In this document: in pieces, positions 25,497 to 40,426 of the stretch | Position numbering within the stretch: the stretch's first letter is position 1 | How the letters are laid out: each line of letters starts with the position of its first letter | Source: Octopus sinensis | Taxonomy: Eukaryota | Length of the DNA: 64,000 nucleotides | NCBI RefSeq assembly: GCF_006345805.1 | Contig: NC_043003.1 | Coordinates: 59,272,001 to 59,336,000 of the forward strand | Direction of reading: 5' to 3' | The notes under the pieces: generated by a model | What the model was told of the DNA's origin: nothing | The model's database searches: none | Seen by the model: only the letters and a program-made list of their open reading frames with translations | Program-made: the position numbers and the translations under genes

Positions 25497-25868
25497 ACTC
25501 TTTACTCTTTTACTTGTTTCAGTTATTTGACTGTGGCCATGCTGAAGCACCGCCTTTAGTCGAACAAATCAACCCCAGGACTTATTCGTTGCAAGATTAG
25601 TATTTATTTTATGGACTTCTTTAGGTCGAACTGATAAGTTACGGGGACTTAAACACATCAACACACCAAGCAATGATGGGGGTGGGGGTGGACAAGCAGA
25701 GATACACAAGCACATATATACGACTAGCTTCATTCAGTTTCCGTCCACTCGAAAGGCTTTGGTCGGCCCGACGCTATGCTAGAAGACACCCAAGTTGCCA
25801 CGCAGTGAGACCGAACCCATAACCAAGTGGTTGATAAGCAAGCTTCTTACCACACAGCCACTCCTGTG
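25497..25868 (-). mobile_element. SINE family A, diverged
   Basis: Collinear head, core and tail. Confidence 0.9.
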
Positions 25869-26057
25869 TATAAATTTTCATTCATTTATTCATATATATA
25901 TAACACCCCCATAAACGAAAGACATGCACAGACTTACATGTACACTTACATATATAAATGCCAAGAAGAAAGCTCACGTGCACACATACAAATACACTAG
26001 ATATATAAACAATCCTATATATCTTTATTCCTCTCTCACCCGCTTTCTTCGTTAGTG

Positions 26058-26111
<54 letters not shown>

Positions 26112-27153
26112 CATATGTATATACATATGTATATACATATACATATATATATATTTATATTATATATATATACATATACATATATATATACATATATATA
26201 CATACATACATACATACATATATATATATATACACATATATATATGTTCGAAAACAGAGTTTCTACTGTATATATTTATATGCATGCAGGTGTATCTATA
26301 TGTAAACATATGTGTAAGTGTATGACTATATGTGTGTGTGTGCATGTGTGTGTGTACGTGTGTATGTGCGGGTGCATGTGTGTCTGTATGTGTTGGTCAG
26401 TTTGAGACATCTACTAAGTTGAATTACGAACTCACTGCTCTTGTGATTTTGCTAGTGAATTTTACAAATTATGATATTTTATTTAAACAAATTGACTGAT
26501 CTCCATTTTAATGTTCAACTGCTAAACACACACACACAGACACACACACACACGCACGCACACACACTCACTCATACACACGTCCAATCACACTAGCATG
26601 TATATGTGTATGCTACATATATCTGCCTGCTCTTGTTTACATATAGATTTCAATTTCATTCAGTTTTTCCTTCTATTTTATATGTTAAATATTTTCTTGT
26701 CGACGTCCTTTAAAACCAACTCCTCCTGATGCATTTACCATTATATATCGCAGTTAAGAGCATTTAAAATACAATGTTAATGTATGTACATTAAATTTCA
26801 TACATCAAAGATGTTCTTTTACTACCTTCTTTTATTCTTTCCCTTTATTCTTCTTTTATCGCTATTGTTTTGTCTTGTTCTTTTTTTTTCATCTAGATTA
26901 TCTATTTACAAGGTTTGTTTCTTTTCTTAATTAAAAACCTCTCTGTTCTTGATTATTTTAGATTCTATTTTAGCTTGTAGTTTTTTCTGTTTTTCAATAT
27001 TTGATTATAACACATCTAAAGTATTAGAAATACAACTGAACATGATTTAATCAACACAATGAACATAATGACCACGTTGTGCTGGGAAACCGACCAAAAG
27101 AAAAAGAAAAGTAATGTACACACATATGTATGTATGCATGTATGTACGTATGT

Positions 27154-27226
<73 letters not shown>

Positions 27227-28615
27227 GAGAGCGAGAGAAAGAGATAGATAAATAGATATATATACGTCTATCCGTGTGTGTGTCTATGCGTATATATATA
27301 TATATATATATATATGCGCAAAGGAATACATATATAATACATATATGCATACAACGATATATACATATATATATCCTTGTGTGTGTGTGTGTTTATATGT
27401 ATATGCACTTGTTTGTATGCAACATAGTTTGGTGTGAATGACAGACCTTATGACATGGAAAACTGGTCTTTGGCGGGTGGTCGCCCGTAGCTAGGGGCTC
27501 AAAGAATCAAATAAAATCTAGGACAACCTTTAACTGGAAATAAACGTCAAGAGCGAAAATAAATATATGTAAAAAGAAAGAAACTAAACAAAAAAAATAT
27601 AAAGAAATAATAGCAATGGTTCCATAGCTCTTTTGAGTAATTGGAAAGTAAAGCAACATTGAACGGAGGTATGGAGTATTAGTGTGGCCAGAGCTGAGAA
27701 ATTGCTATAATTATTTTCTTCGCAACTAATTGTTTTTTCCTTCTTCTATTACGCATTTTTTCTAATGCACAATCCTCTGGGCTATAGGCTTGGAAATATT
27801 TTGCTGAGGACAGTACATCGTTACTGTTCGGACGAGAGCAATAGTGGACGTTAGGATTCATTAATTTCATCAGAAAGTAATTTTTTTTACGTAAATACAT
27901 ATGTTTAAATGTATGTGATGTGTATGTTGAATGTCTGTGGTGGGAAAACCATATGGAACTCCCGTCTTAGTCGCTATTTATATCAAACGGATGGAAGCCT
28001 TTATTTAAGTGCAATGTGTTCTCTATTTCACATTAGTTAATGCTTTTATTAAGTTCGTTTTTTTTTTGTTATCTTTTGTTCCATACTTCTTTTAAAATTA
28101 TGAATGCTTTTGTTTCAACTTGACTCCTTACTGTAACGATGCATTTGCAGTAAAAGAAAATAAAAAAAAATTAAAAAAAGACAAGAAGGGAAACATTTCT
28201 AGATTCATAAGAATTGTCTAAGAATTGTGCTTAGAAAGAAGAAAGATGCAAAATATTTGAGAATAGGTTAAACATTTGTAAAACAGTATCCCAGAAGATG
28301 TATTTAGCATATCTCGAATAATGAACTGTATCAAATACTTTAGTACAGAAAGAAATGTATAATATTCATGAAACTCTTCCAGTGCAAAGTACATTTTTAA
28401 GCGACATCAACCTACTTTGGAATTCGATTTGCGAATTAAATTCATCGAAAAACTTATAGCTATTTTCCGAGTCACCACATGGCTCAGGCGTTCTAAAAGT
28501 AGAAATTGTGTGCTATTCAATCAGGATAAGAGGAATATTGAGTAAAATAAGCGTCCATGTCATTCCAAAAGAATGTTAAGGAAAACCTACATTTGTTAAT
28601 GATTTCGCTACTTAC

Positions 28616-28674
28616 AAATATCTGTTAATGTCTGGGATATTTATAAATTTCAGAATTGCTATACATTTGAAATT
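28616..28674 (-). CDS. Candidate 59-nt exon, unknown product
   Basis: Acceptor tattttgtttcctgttttag, donor TTT|gtaagt, frame 0 open (NFKCIAILKFINIPDINRY). Confidence 0.2.
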
Positions 28675-29243
28675 CTAAAACAGGAAACAAAATATATAGG
28701 AATGTATACACAGAAATATCTGACAGTAATTTTGTTAAACCTTAGTATAATAGAATATCGCTGCTTTCGTATATAAAAACTTACTTTTTTTGTGTGTTAT
28801 TGAATTTCATTGTATGGAAACAAAGCTGATATGACTGAAGGAAAATTTCATATAAATGATATATACACTGGATCCATAGTCAATAATTCGATACGCTTTA
28901 AATCGTTGAATAGCAAATCTTGTGATATTCGTTTCCGTGTTTTGTGTTCAGGGATCAAATCACTGTCACTTCCTACCATTCGAAGTCGATAAAAATGGAA
29001 ACATCCACGGTTTCGGGTGATTCTTTTTTGTCTTTTATCCATCTCTTTCTCTCTGGAAAAGAAAACCACGTATATTCAGATTTCAAATAGATCGAACTCG
29101 TTATGTGTTTAAAATGCCCACGAAACTCCGTATGTTTCAATTTTTATGGGATAAAGGTTAACATGAATAATACATTATTTTAAATGATATAAATTCATAT
29201 TTATTCATATTCCTTCTTTGTAATAAATATTGCAATTTACGCA

Positions 29244-29426
29244 GGGCAAAATGCTTAGTAGCATTCGTCTGTCTCTACGTTCTGAGTTCAAATTCCGTCA
29301 AGGTGGACTTTGCCTTTCATCTTTTCGGGGTTGATAAAATAAGTACTAGTTGAGCACTGGACTCAGTGTAACCGACTTAGCCTCTCCCCAAAAAATGCTA
29401 GTCATGTGCCAACATTTGAAACCAAT
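29244..29426 (+). mobile_element. SINE family B, 5'-truncated
   Basis: Contains GAGTTCAAATTCC and GACTTTGCCTTTCATC. Confidence 0.88.
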
Positions 29427-30665
29427 AAATATAAAAGTTCCAGTAATCTCGAGATATAAATATTATTTAATAACTTGATAGATTAAAAATATTTGCTCAA
29501 TTATTCGAGATTAAAGCTACCTGTCATATCTCCAGTGCATCGTAGATGTGAAAGATTTATAAAGCAGGATACTAAGGAAAGACCAAGGATTTTTCTTACT
29601 GTAAGTAAACTGGAAAGGATTGAAAACCTATCGCTAAAACCATGATTCACCTAAATTGACCCACTATCTTGCAGTGTTCGCCAATGTAAAAGAAAAGAAA
29701 GAAAGGTAGACGTTTGAAGAAAATAAATATCTTGCTGAAAATATGCTTCCTTATAAAAGAAAAGCCTACTTCAATTCTATAATTAGTGACATTAGTAAAA
29801 CTTAATAGAACCTAATTCTAAAATGAATTTTCATTTTATATAAAACAAATAAATAAATAGATGAATAAATAAACCCTTTTGAAGAAGTTTTCGTCAATAC
29901 CTAATGGCGAATTTTTACTCAAAATACTTGCAGCCATAGGCACAACATATTCTATGTTCGGAAACCTTTCGCATTTCTGACGATATATCCGCCGGATTAT
30001 AGAATACCAGACACGAAAAGGAAGAGCATAATTAGGCTGACTAGGGATATAAGAAACACCTAAAGTTCAGAAAGAAGAAAATTTCTTTAATTTTGCTGGA
30101 GGAAGACGCTATATATTTTTGATGTTCTCATTGGCTTTACTTATTAACATTGCAGTAAAAATGAATGACATGCTGTCGGCTCACTGGAAAGCGAATCAGT
30201 ATTTATACAGGATATCCATGTTGTTTTCAAAGCCCTATATTTACGTAATTTAATTTTTTTGAAAAATAATCTTTTCCTTTGACATTTCAATGTATTTTTA
30301 TAATTTTGCTTTTAATTAATAACAGAATATTTTTAGATAATATTTTTTTCTCTTTTTGTTTAAAAATCAATAAACTTACTTGAACCTAAATCCTTTACTG
30401 CTGATATTTATGTGAATTTTAATAAAATAAATACATTTAAATTCTACTTTTATATTAATTAGGATCTTATTAAATAAAGTGGGTGCATATAAAACATTGG
30501 CATTATACTTGAATTTGAAAACTTTTAGTATTAGAATATAAAATTATTTCAATGTATTATCTGAATTTGACCAATAACACACGTATATTATTCATAAGTA
30601 ACAAAAAACTGTAAAAAATTGAAATTCTGTTTCAAACACAGAAAATTTACGGTTCCTCAACTTAC

Positions 30666-30765
30666 CAAAAAATGCCACGAACTCACTAAAATAACCGTGG
30701 TTAGACAACATAAAAGATGGTACGTATTAATTCGAAGATTACGGAGAAGGGAAAAACACAATCAG
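30666..30765 (-). other. Candidate 100-nt non-coding exon
   Basis: Branch-like CTAAC plus tttcgttttctag acceptor, donor TTG|gtaagt; no through-reading frame. Confidence 0.25.
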
Positions 30766-32334
30766 CTAGAAAACGAAAGTTAGCCGAAACATAATGTCTC
30801 ATACGCAGAGAAACGCATACATAAAAAAAGGTGGGTTAACAAGGTTAGACCGTCGAACTGAAGCCTATTGCACACACATAATATATGTTATCATAGTGGA
30901 ATGCCGTATTATGGTATATACAACAAATATAGCTAGACAGTAGCAGAAAACGAACAAAAATTGGTAAATAATTGCACACGCAGAGTTAGATTTCATATAT
31001 TTTGGGATAGTCTAGTGTCCTTTCCCCCCAAAATATAAATACAATATACATATATATATATATAATATATATATATATATGTGTGTGTCTCTATGTGTAT
31101 AAAGAAGATGGATGGATACTTTGATCCATTGATATGTATTTCGATCAAATCAATAAACAGACAGGATAAATTGAAAGAGAAAGAATTTCTCAGGGTGAGG
31201 TAAGAAAAAAAGACAAAGTCAAAGCTATACTACATTGACAATGTTAGAGAGATTTAAAGAAATGACCAGACATATTCCAATAGAAAGAAGTCGAAAACTA
31301 AAAATTTGTAAAATGGAAGCTTTAAGAATTGTTTGAGTTTAGTATTGTTCTTTATACTTTAGATTTCAGTTCCACGGGCGCAGAAATGCAGATAAAACGA
31401 TTAGACAAATATCTATCTTAGAATTTATTATGATTAAAGAATCTGTTACTTCTACAATTCCATAGTCTGAAAATATCAGAGTTCAAACCGATCTCACATG
31501 TGACCTTTAAATAAGAAGCAAGACTTAACACATTTATAAGACTTCGAGTAAGTTATGTGAGGTAAAGAATAGATTTGGCTTTTAAATAACATGTTTTGTT
31601 CAAAGGTATGAACAATAGATATAGTAATTAAATTAAAATAAATGTATTTTGTGAAGCGAAAGTGAGACATGAGAATTTTATGTAATTATATAGACATATA
31701 TAACAGTGGACATTTTACTGTGGTTCTTGTAGGAAATATTAAATGAGAACAAGTGGTAAACTACACCAGTGGGAAAATTCAAATATAATACAGTTATCAA
31801 GAAAGGGAATTAAATTCAGACTAACACCAGTATACTAACATGAAGCGATTATCTACCTTCATTACTGCGTGAATATTTATTGAAATAAGAATTATAACCA
31901 AGAAATATATTAAAACGTTGCAAAATGTGATGCTAACCTTCGGGAATGCTGATAAAATTATAACATTTCAAGAAATTCCTGTTTGATGCAATTTAATACA
32001 TTTAGAAATACTGTATCCAGAATTAGAACGTTAGCACATTATAATTTCAAATAGAAATTGGAAGAGTTTATTAACCAAAAACTACCATACTACTGTTGGT
32101 TAGTTTTGGAAAAACTCTGATCAACCATACCAACGATCAACCGTAATTCAACCATGACACTTCTGATGATTTTTCAATTATAGTGCATCGTTTTCGTAAA
32201 TACAGAAATCTCTGATCTGAAGGAAATTTGACGGGAAACTTTAAAGTTGTGCTACAGCAATTACACCTCCAGCTTTCAGCTTAAATAAATGTGACATCCT
32301 TGAGGAAATTCGAAAGATTTTTAACGCGAAATAT

Positions 32335-32553
32335 ATTTATAGGGGCTAAACACAGAGAGGACAAACAACGACAGACAAACGGATTAAGTAGATCATATCG
32401 ACCCCAGTGTGTAACTGGTACTTATTTTAATCGACCCCGAAATGATGAAAGGCAAAGTCGACTTCGGCGGAATTTGAACGCAGAACGTAACTGCAGACGA
32501 AATGCCGCTAAGTATTTCACCCGGCGTGCTAACTATTCTGCCAGCTCGCCGCC
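32335..32553 (-). mobile_element. SINE family B
   Basis: Full GGCGGCGAGCTGGCAG head to tail. Confidence 0.92.
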
Positions 32554-33199
32554 TTAACGCGTAATATATTTGAGTATATAAATGATGAACATTGATTCTT
32601 TTTTCATCAGAGGAGAAATCACATTTTAGGAGAAGATAATAGCAATAAAAACAAACAATATATTTTCTTAGACACAGAGCAGGCATGACTGTGTAGTTAA
32701 GAAGTTCACTTCGCAATCATATTGTTCCGTGTTCGATTTCGCGCTGCAGCAAGTTGAAGTAATCCCTTATACCACATCTAGACAATAAAGGTCGGAACTT
32801 TTGGGGAAGGGGCAAGACGATAATATCGATCCTCATTTTATAGGCACCAAAATGAACAAAGACTAATTGATCTCGGTGGGGCTAGAACACAAAGAGTAAA
32901 GAGTCGGAAGGAAGGTTACTAAGCATTTTCTCCGATGCACTTACAATTAAACAAGCTAACCACTTTTCTTTCAATATTTGGGAAAATGCTTGTAATTTTA
33001 TGTATGTAGGAGGTTATACGATCACATAGACCCAACCTCTTAACTCAAACTCTATTTTATCGAACCTAAGTGGATGAAAAACAAAATTTATTTCGGCTGG
33101 AATTGAACCCTGAAAGTAAAGAGCTGGGAGAAACGTCAGTAAACATTGTGTTCGACACGCTAGCGATTGCGTCAGCTCACAAACGTCTACTGCTATATC

Positions 33200-33575
33200 T
33201 TTTATAGTTTACTTGTTTCAGTCACTGAACTGTGGCCATGCTGGAGTACTGCCTTGAAGGTTTTAGTCAAGAAGTCGCCTCCGACTTTATTCTACCTGTC
33301 ACTTTTCGGGAACCTGTTACAGGGACGTATACAATCCAGTACCGGTTGTCAAGCGGTATGAGAAACACAAATAAATACCTACACCCATTTAGATATGTAA
33401 ATATATATACATATACACAATGGGATTCCGCATAGGTTTCCTCTACCAAATCCATTCGCAGGGCTTTAGTAGAAGCGTTGGCTTTAGTAGAATACACTTC
33501 CCCAGGGTACCGCTCAGTAGGACTGAACCCAACACCACGTGATTTAAAGGGGAACTTTGTTACCAAAGAACCATG
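33200..33575 (-). mobile_element. Diverged family-A-related SINE
   Basis: Tail TTGTTTCAGTCA...GGCCATGCTGGAG and B-box-like GGTTCAGTCC on the minus strand. Confidence 0.85.
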
Positions 33576-34432
33576 CTTGCGCCCGTATAATAATACGTTT
33601 ATCACAATTCAGCTGTTGTACGTAATGTCAGCACATAATGAAGTTGTCCTTGTAAACACTAAAAGTCTGAACTTGTTCACCCGTGTTTGCCTTTTCCTTG
33701 TTCATTTCTTAATCATAATATTCCCATATTGTACAATAGCATATACTGTTATCTTTTGTCGGCGTTTGAAATCTCAAGCTATCCGTAGTCCCGTGAGATA
33801 AGAGACGAGATTAATTGTCACTTTATTTGTACAAACTGTATAAATTCATGCCGTCAACTGTCACAAACATCTAAAAACAGATTATTTATTCATTCGCTGA
33901 ACTGTCATTCAATCATTGAATCGTTTTCATTCAAGCACAGTGTAAACTGCGTATGTGTGTGTGTGTTAGTGTTGATCCTTGGCATCCCGTAGGAGATGAT
34001 GTTACTCATTTGATGCAATAAATGCCAATTACTGAGTGGGGCTCAATTATACTCCTGAATGGTATCGGGTTTCACTAGTTTCACACCAACAGCGCAATGT
34101 GTGTGCACAGTCAGTAAAGTGTTTGAGAGAAAGAGAAAATTTGATCTAACAGTCGCTGACTTCTGATATAATGGACGTAATGCTTCACAACACATACACT
34201 CCCAGACATGTGAGTGTGTGTATATATATATACACACTCACACACACTTATGTGTCTGGGAGTGTATGTGTACATGTTTGTAGACACACACATATATTAT
34301 ATATATATATATGTATGTATATATATATATATGGATGTATATATATGTATATATATATACATATGTATATATGTATATATATATGCATATACGTATATAT
34401 ACATGCATATATGTATATATATATATATACAT

Positions 34433-34511
<79 letters not shown>

Positions 34512-34660
34512 CATATATATATCAATATTTGATCTATCTGTCTACCTACGAACATATATATATATATATATATATATGCTTATATATAGTAATATACGCT
34601 CTCCATCCTTGATTCTCTCTGTATGTCATATATATATATAATATATATATATATATATAC

Positions 34661-34724
<64 letters not shown>

Positions 34725-35689
34725 CATATACAAATATGTGAGTGTGTCTCTTCACATATGCATAAATATACAGACAGACTCATACAACCATACACGTACC
34801 TGTCATGCTGTCAAGTCATCAAAATGGGATGAGATGTTGTAACAGTAATTCATTATCAAAGAAAAGTCATTAATATGAATGAATAAAATAATAAATTTTG
34901 TAGTACATCAAGGCTGGTTGTTAGCGTGAGCGTAATTTGATGAAAATCACATATTAAAAGAGGTTGAATACCAGTTTGCAGCTGTGATTTCCTTTATTTT
35001 TTGTAAGGGCCGGGACTTAAAAGTGAAACAGCTCTCAGATACAAACAGGCATATGCACAAACATACACAGTCCACACAGTATTGGCAAGGAAGAGTATGC
35101 ATCTATTAGATGTAATAAATATGTATTTGTGTGTGTGAGTATGTGTATAGTAACTGGCATTATTCTCACACTTTGCTTTTCAGACTTCTCTCTCCACGCA
35201 AGAAATGTCGTTGCATTTGACACACCTATGCGTTTCGTTATGTCTAACACAATCACTTACGAGCCAGTAATAAATATCTTCAAAGCAGTAAAAATTCTTT
35301 GACCTGACAATAAATTTGATGTGCTTGTAAGACTATTTTTTAAAAAAAAGTTTTTTTGGGAAATGAACATTTCAAAGCAAATCGAAGAAGAGGTTTTCCT
35401 GCAACATTTTATAACCTAGATATACTATTCTCTTGCATGCAAAAACATTTTTTTGTAGAGTTTGTATATATTGAGGTTTGACTATTATGTTATTTATTAT
35501 CCCAGCATCTATGACGTGCTGTTTGAATTCAGGGCAGAGCTATGCCGGTGAATATATAAGATAACCTGTGCAAATACGTTGAAAATATAATAACACAGAC
35601 AGATACATTCATTGCAAATTTACGTTATTTTCTCTTCGTTTAAACGTACATGCACAAGAACAATATTTTACAAAACATGTTCTTAAAAT

Positions 35690-35923
35690 ACTTATTTCTG
35701 TACTACCCACAAGGGGCTAAACGCAGAGAGGACAAACAAGGACAGACAAACGGATTAAGTCGATTATATCGACCCCAGTGCGTAACTGGTACTTATTTAA
35801 TCGACCCCGAAAGGATGAAAGGCAAAGTCGACCTCGGCGGAATTTGAACTCAGAATGTGAAGACAGACGAAATACCGCTAAGCATTTCGCCCGGCGTGCT
35901 AACGATTCTGCCAGGTCGCCGCC
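35690..35923 (-). mobile_element. SINE family B
   Basis: Full-length match to the other B copies. Confidence 0.93.
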
Positions 35924-36215
35924 TTAAAATACTATTAAACTAGTCATGCGGTGTCTGTAAGTAGGTATTCATTCTCTATATTTCACCATTAGTAATACAT
36001 TATGGTTTGTGATGTGGTATTTTTCAATCTAACGTAATCTTTAATACTTTGGATTATTTTTGCTTGGGATGGAACTATCAAAGTTAATTCATGCAATATT
36101 CTGTAGACTCGTACCTAATTATCTTTTGTAAAACGTTTGTAAAGCTTGATGTTGTGATTCATTAAAAGTTATTTGAAAAATACACATGTGGTTATACTCG
36201 GCTTTTAATTGACGT

Positions 36216-36555
36216 TTACGACCACAGTGCATAACTGGCACTTATTTAATCGACCCCGAAAGGATGAAAGGCAAAGTCAACCTCGGCGGAATTTGAACTC
36301 AGAACGTAGCGGCAGACGAAATACCTATTTCTTTACTACCCACAAGGTGCTAAACAAAGAGGGGACAAAACGGACAGACAAAAGAATGAAATCGATTATA
36401 TCAACCCCAGTGCTTCACTGGTGCTTATTTAATCGACCCCGAAAGGATGAAAGGCAAAGTCGACTTCGGCGGAATTTGAACTCAGAACGTAACGACAGAC
36501 GAAATACCGCTAAGCATTTCGTCCGGCGCGCTAACGTTTCTGCCAGCTCGCCGCC
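36216..36555 (-). mobile_element. Head-to-tail SINE B dimer (full copy plus headless copy)
   Basis: The tail of the full copy 36555-36325 joins directly to GTATTTCGTCTG of a second copy lacking the first ~50 nt. Confidence 0.9.
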
Positions 36556-36975
36556 TTTTCTACTGAATTAATTATGTTGGGCAGGAGATTGAAGACTGGT
36601 TTTTCATATACGTCGATTTTTCGTTTGGCCTTTTAAAACTGGAGTATTATATCTTTTTTAGACTTGAAATTTAAATTTAGAAAATATTTATCTATGACAA
36701 AATATTTCTACTGTAAGTTTTTGGTTGAAGGTCCCTTAAACATGTATTTATATTAAACCAAATAAATACACACATGCACATTGCACAAAAACTCATAAAC
36801 ACACATCAAACATACACACACACACACACGGCGGCCGACAAATGTTCAGAAGTTTTAAAGTTAGTGCGGTTTTCTCCGGTGATTCATGTTCTTATTTGCT
36901 TAAGATAATTATATCATTCTATCATAAATACATAAGAAACTATGTATACATGTATATATATATATATGCATATAC

Positions 36976-37007
<32 letters not shown>

Positions 37008-37498
37008 ATATATATGTATACACACACACATATATATATATATATATGTATAAATATATATTTATATATATATATATATATAGGTATATATATGTATGCA
37101 TATGCCAGTGTGTGTATGCATATACATGTATATATATATATAAATATATATACACAATGCTTCTTAAACCCGCACATTCGTGCTCATTCACACTTATAAC
37201 TATGTTTGTTTCTGTGATGAAGAAACATTTGGAAGTTAATTTGATTAAAATAAAGGAACGTTAAGCCTTCCAACGTTGACTACCAAATCCCTATTTCTTC
37301 TTTTAGAATCAAATTGGTGAAAACCCCTATGCGAATGTCTTCTCGAATTTATGTCAACTTAATGAGTTATTTCCTTTATTCTTTCAAAGCTGCAAACAAA
37401 TGTATGTATATATGTGCATATAAATGTATACATACATACATTTATATATATATATATATACACATATATAAATATATATATACGCATACATATATATA

Positions 37499-38445
37499 GT
37501 TCTAGTATTTGTGATACCGAAGTTTGGCACAAGTCTTTCCAGAATCTTCCAGATGTATATTATGGCATATCTTTCCCGCCGACGCTCTAAGGAATAGAGT
37601 CTTAATCTCTTGAGTCTTTCCCTGTAGCTTATATGCTGCATAGAGGCTAACTTCTTCGTGTAGCTTCGCTAGATTGCCTCAAGTTTTGAGATTAATTTGA
37701 CACTGGTTGGAGACCATAGCTGAGAGCAATAGTCAAAGTGGATCAGGACAAATGTCCTCCAAGTGACCATCAGGATTTCTTGACTTCTTGTTCTAAAAGT
37801 TCTAAGAATCCATCCGGTCAGCCGCCTGTATTTCATTGCCAATTTAGCAACATTCACATTGAAAGATGCATCATTATTCATGTAAATGCCCAGGTCTCGC
37901 ACTGAATGTGCCTATGGGATTGCAATCCCTCCAGGCCCAGTGTATTTAATAGGTATTGCATTTAGTTTTGCATGCTGATAGCGCAAGGCTTGAAACTTTT
38001 CAGCATTAAACTTCATGCTGTTCTTTTCAGCCTACTTGTATATTTCATCCTGCTCACATAGCAGCTGCATATTCTCTTCAGGATTCTGTATTACCTCTGA
38101 GACTTTTGTATCATCTGCATAACTTGTGATCGTAGGTCTCGGTGTGGCTAAGATAATGTCTGAGAGGGCAATTAAGAAGAGTAGTGGCCCCCAAAGAGTG
38201 CCTTGCAGAACACCGCTCAATATTTGCGTGTCATTATCTACTACTACCTGACATCTATCCTTCAGAAAGTCATGAAACCATTCTCCTAATTTTCCAACTA
38301 TGCCGAGATCACGCAGTTTGTGACATATCATTCTATGATAGACTTTATCAAAGGCCTTTACAAAGTGGGGATATATCACTTCCACATTTGAGTGGTTGAG
38401 CAGTTGTTTCAGCACCCTGTCATAGTGTTGTAAGCGCTGAGTCTT
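37499..38445 (-). pseudogene. CR1-clade LINE RT fragment
   Basis: FVKAFDKVYH, SGVLQGTLWGPLLF, YADDTK, WILRTFRTR, DYCSQLW, SLERRRERY; both ends abut microsatellites. Confidence 0.93.
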
Positions 38446-38448
38446 ATG

Positions 38449-38497
<49 letters not shown>

Positions 38498-38723
38498 GTG
38501 TGTGTGTGTATGTATGTGGGTGGGTGTGTATGTGTGTGTGTATGTATATATAATTATGTGTATATATGTATATATGTATATATATATATGTATATAAATA
38601 TATATATATGCATATATACATACATATATATATATATATGTATATATGTATATCATATACATATATATATGTATGTATGTATATGTATATATGTATATAT
38701 GTATATATATGTATATATATGCA

Positions 38724-38754
<31 letters not shown>

Positions 38755-38909
38755 ATATATATATGTATATGTATATACAGCTACATATGTTTATATATAT
38801 AGGTATGTATATATATGTGTATATGTATATATGTGCCTATATATGTATATATATGTATGTGTGTATATACATGGATATATATTTGTGTGTATATATATAT
38901 GTATATATA

Positions 38910-38991
<82 letters not shown>

Positions 38992-39010
38992 TATATATAT
39001 ATATATCTAC
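38446..39010. repeat. Long compound (CA)/(TA)/(TG) microsatellite
   Basis: Read directly. Confidence 0.95.
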
Positions 39011-39561
39011 ACATGCACAAGCACACAGGATGTAGACACGTATGATTTTAGATTTTATTTTGTCTATATATACATCTCGGTGAATGCGGCACATGTCTTG
39101 TATGTATGTATCTAAGTGAAAGCAATTATATACATGCAGGTTGTTTATTTATTTATCATCCTCTACTCTACATTACTCTTCCTTCTGCATCTTAGTGATG
39201 CTGAATTAACTTTTTATTTCGAAGTCGAAAACAAGATTTTTTTTTTGTTTACTTCATACTACTATTAAGCAGAGCATCTACTGGAGTGAAAGACAGGCGA
39301 GAATACATTGTTTTTATAGTAACATTTGACATGTGATCATGTTATTGTCAGTACGAACGTCAACAATAAGATTTGACGTCGAATAGAATAATTGAAACAA
39401 GTGAGGCGTTGCCTCAAAATAGGAGAGTAAATCGACTTCTATTGCATCCAACGCACTTCTATACTTTAGTACGTTAATTAGAACCATTAGCCATGCTTTC
39501 TCTCTTCATTCTTCTTCATCGTCAACTTCGCATCTCCTCCTCCTCCCCCTCCTCTTTCTTT

Positions 39562-39606
39562 TTCTTCTTCTTCTTCTTCTTCTTCTTCTTCTTCTTCTTC
39601 TTCTTC
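39562..39606. repeat. (TTC)n microsatellite
   Basis: Read directly. Confidence 0.95.
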
Positions 39607-40340
39607 AACTTCAAATTTAGCCTCTAGGCTTTTAATGAAATTTTTATTTTGTTTTAACTATTGGAAATTTTAATGGCGTGAAAGGTCAAAAATGAAAGAC
39701 AAATAGCTGAACAAATAAACTAGAAAATATCAATTCCTTTCGCCTTATTAGCTTAAAAGGATATCACCAAATGAAAGGCGTATAAGATTTAGTGAGGTGT
39801 ATAAATCTTTGAAAATTGCAATCGTCATTCATGCAAGAGATACGATCCTTGATGAAAGCAACTGAACTTCAAGCTTTGGTATGCCGCAAAATTAGTATTT
39901 TTCATATTATTACCACTAAAGTTTGGCGATGAAACTTCAGTTAGACTTTAACATAAATCTTTTACACCTCTATTCTGTTACTTGTTCTGCTCGTTGGATT
40001 GTTGACATGTGAAAGACAATCAATGGTTTCTGTCAATCGGCTATATTTTAATAATATTTCAGTCGGCTATTATTTTATTGACTGTTGGAGGAGAACTGTA
40101 ATTTACATTTTCGGTAAAAATGTTGTGAAAATAATGCAACTCGTCTCACCAAGATATATTGAAAAAACCTATTTATATCGGTAATATACTCGAGCATAAA
40201 CACACAGGCACACACAAATCTAAACCAGCGCCCGAACAGGTTAGAAATACTGTTTCGAGTAACGTAACAATGTGAATGATTGTAGCTGCTTACAAAATAT
40301 TCCCAGACACGTTCACAGAGTCGCGAGTTACGCTACCTAC

Positions 40341-40341
40341 C

Positions 40342-40405
<64 letters not shown>
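40341..40405. repeat. (AGAT)n microsatellite
   Basis: Read directly. Confidence 0.97.

Positions 40406-40426
<21 letters not shown>

Noticed and set aside
27679-27900. 73-aa minus-strand ORF
   Set aside because: No convincing splice signals or recognisable motif; the length is within chance expectation.
40180-40200. pogo-like TIR fragment GGTAATATACTCGAGCATAA
   Set aside because: No matching opposite end found.
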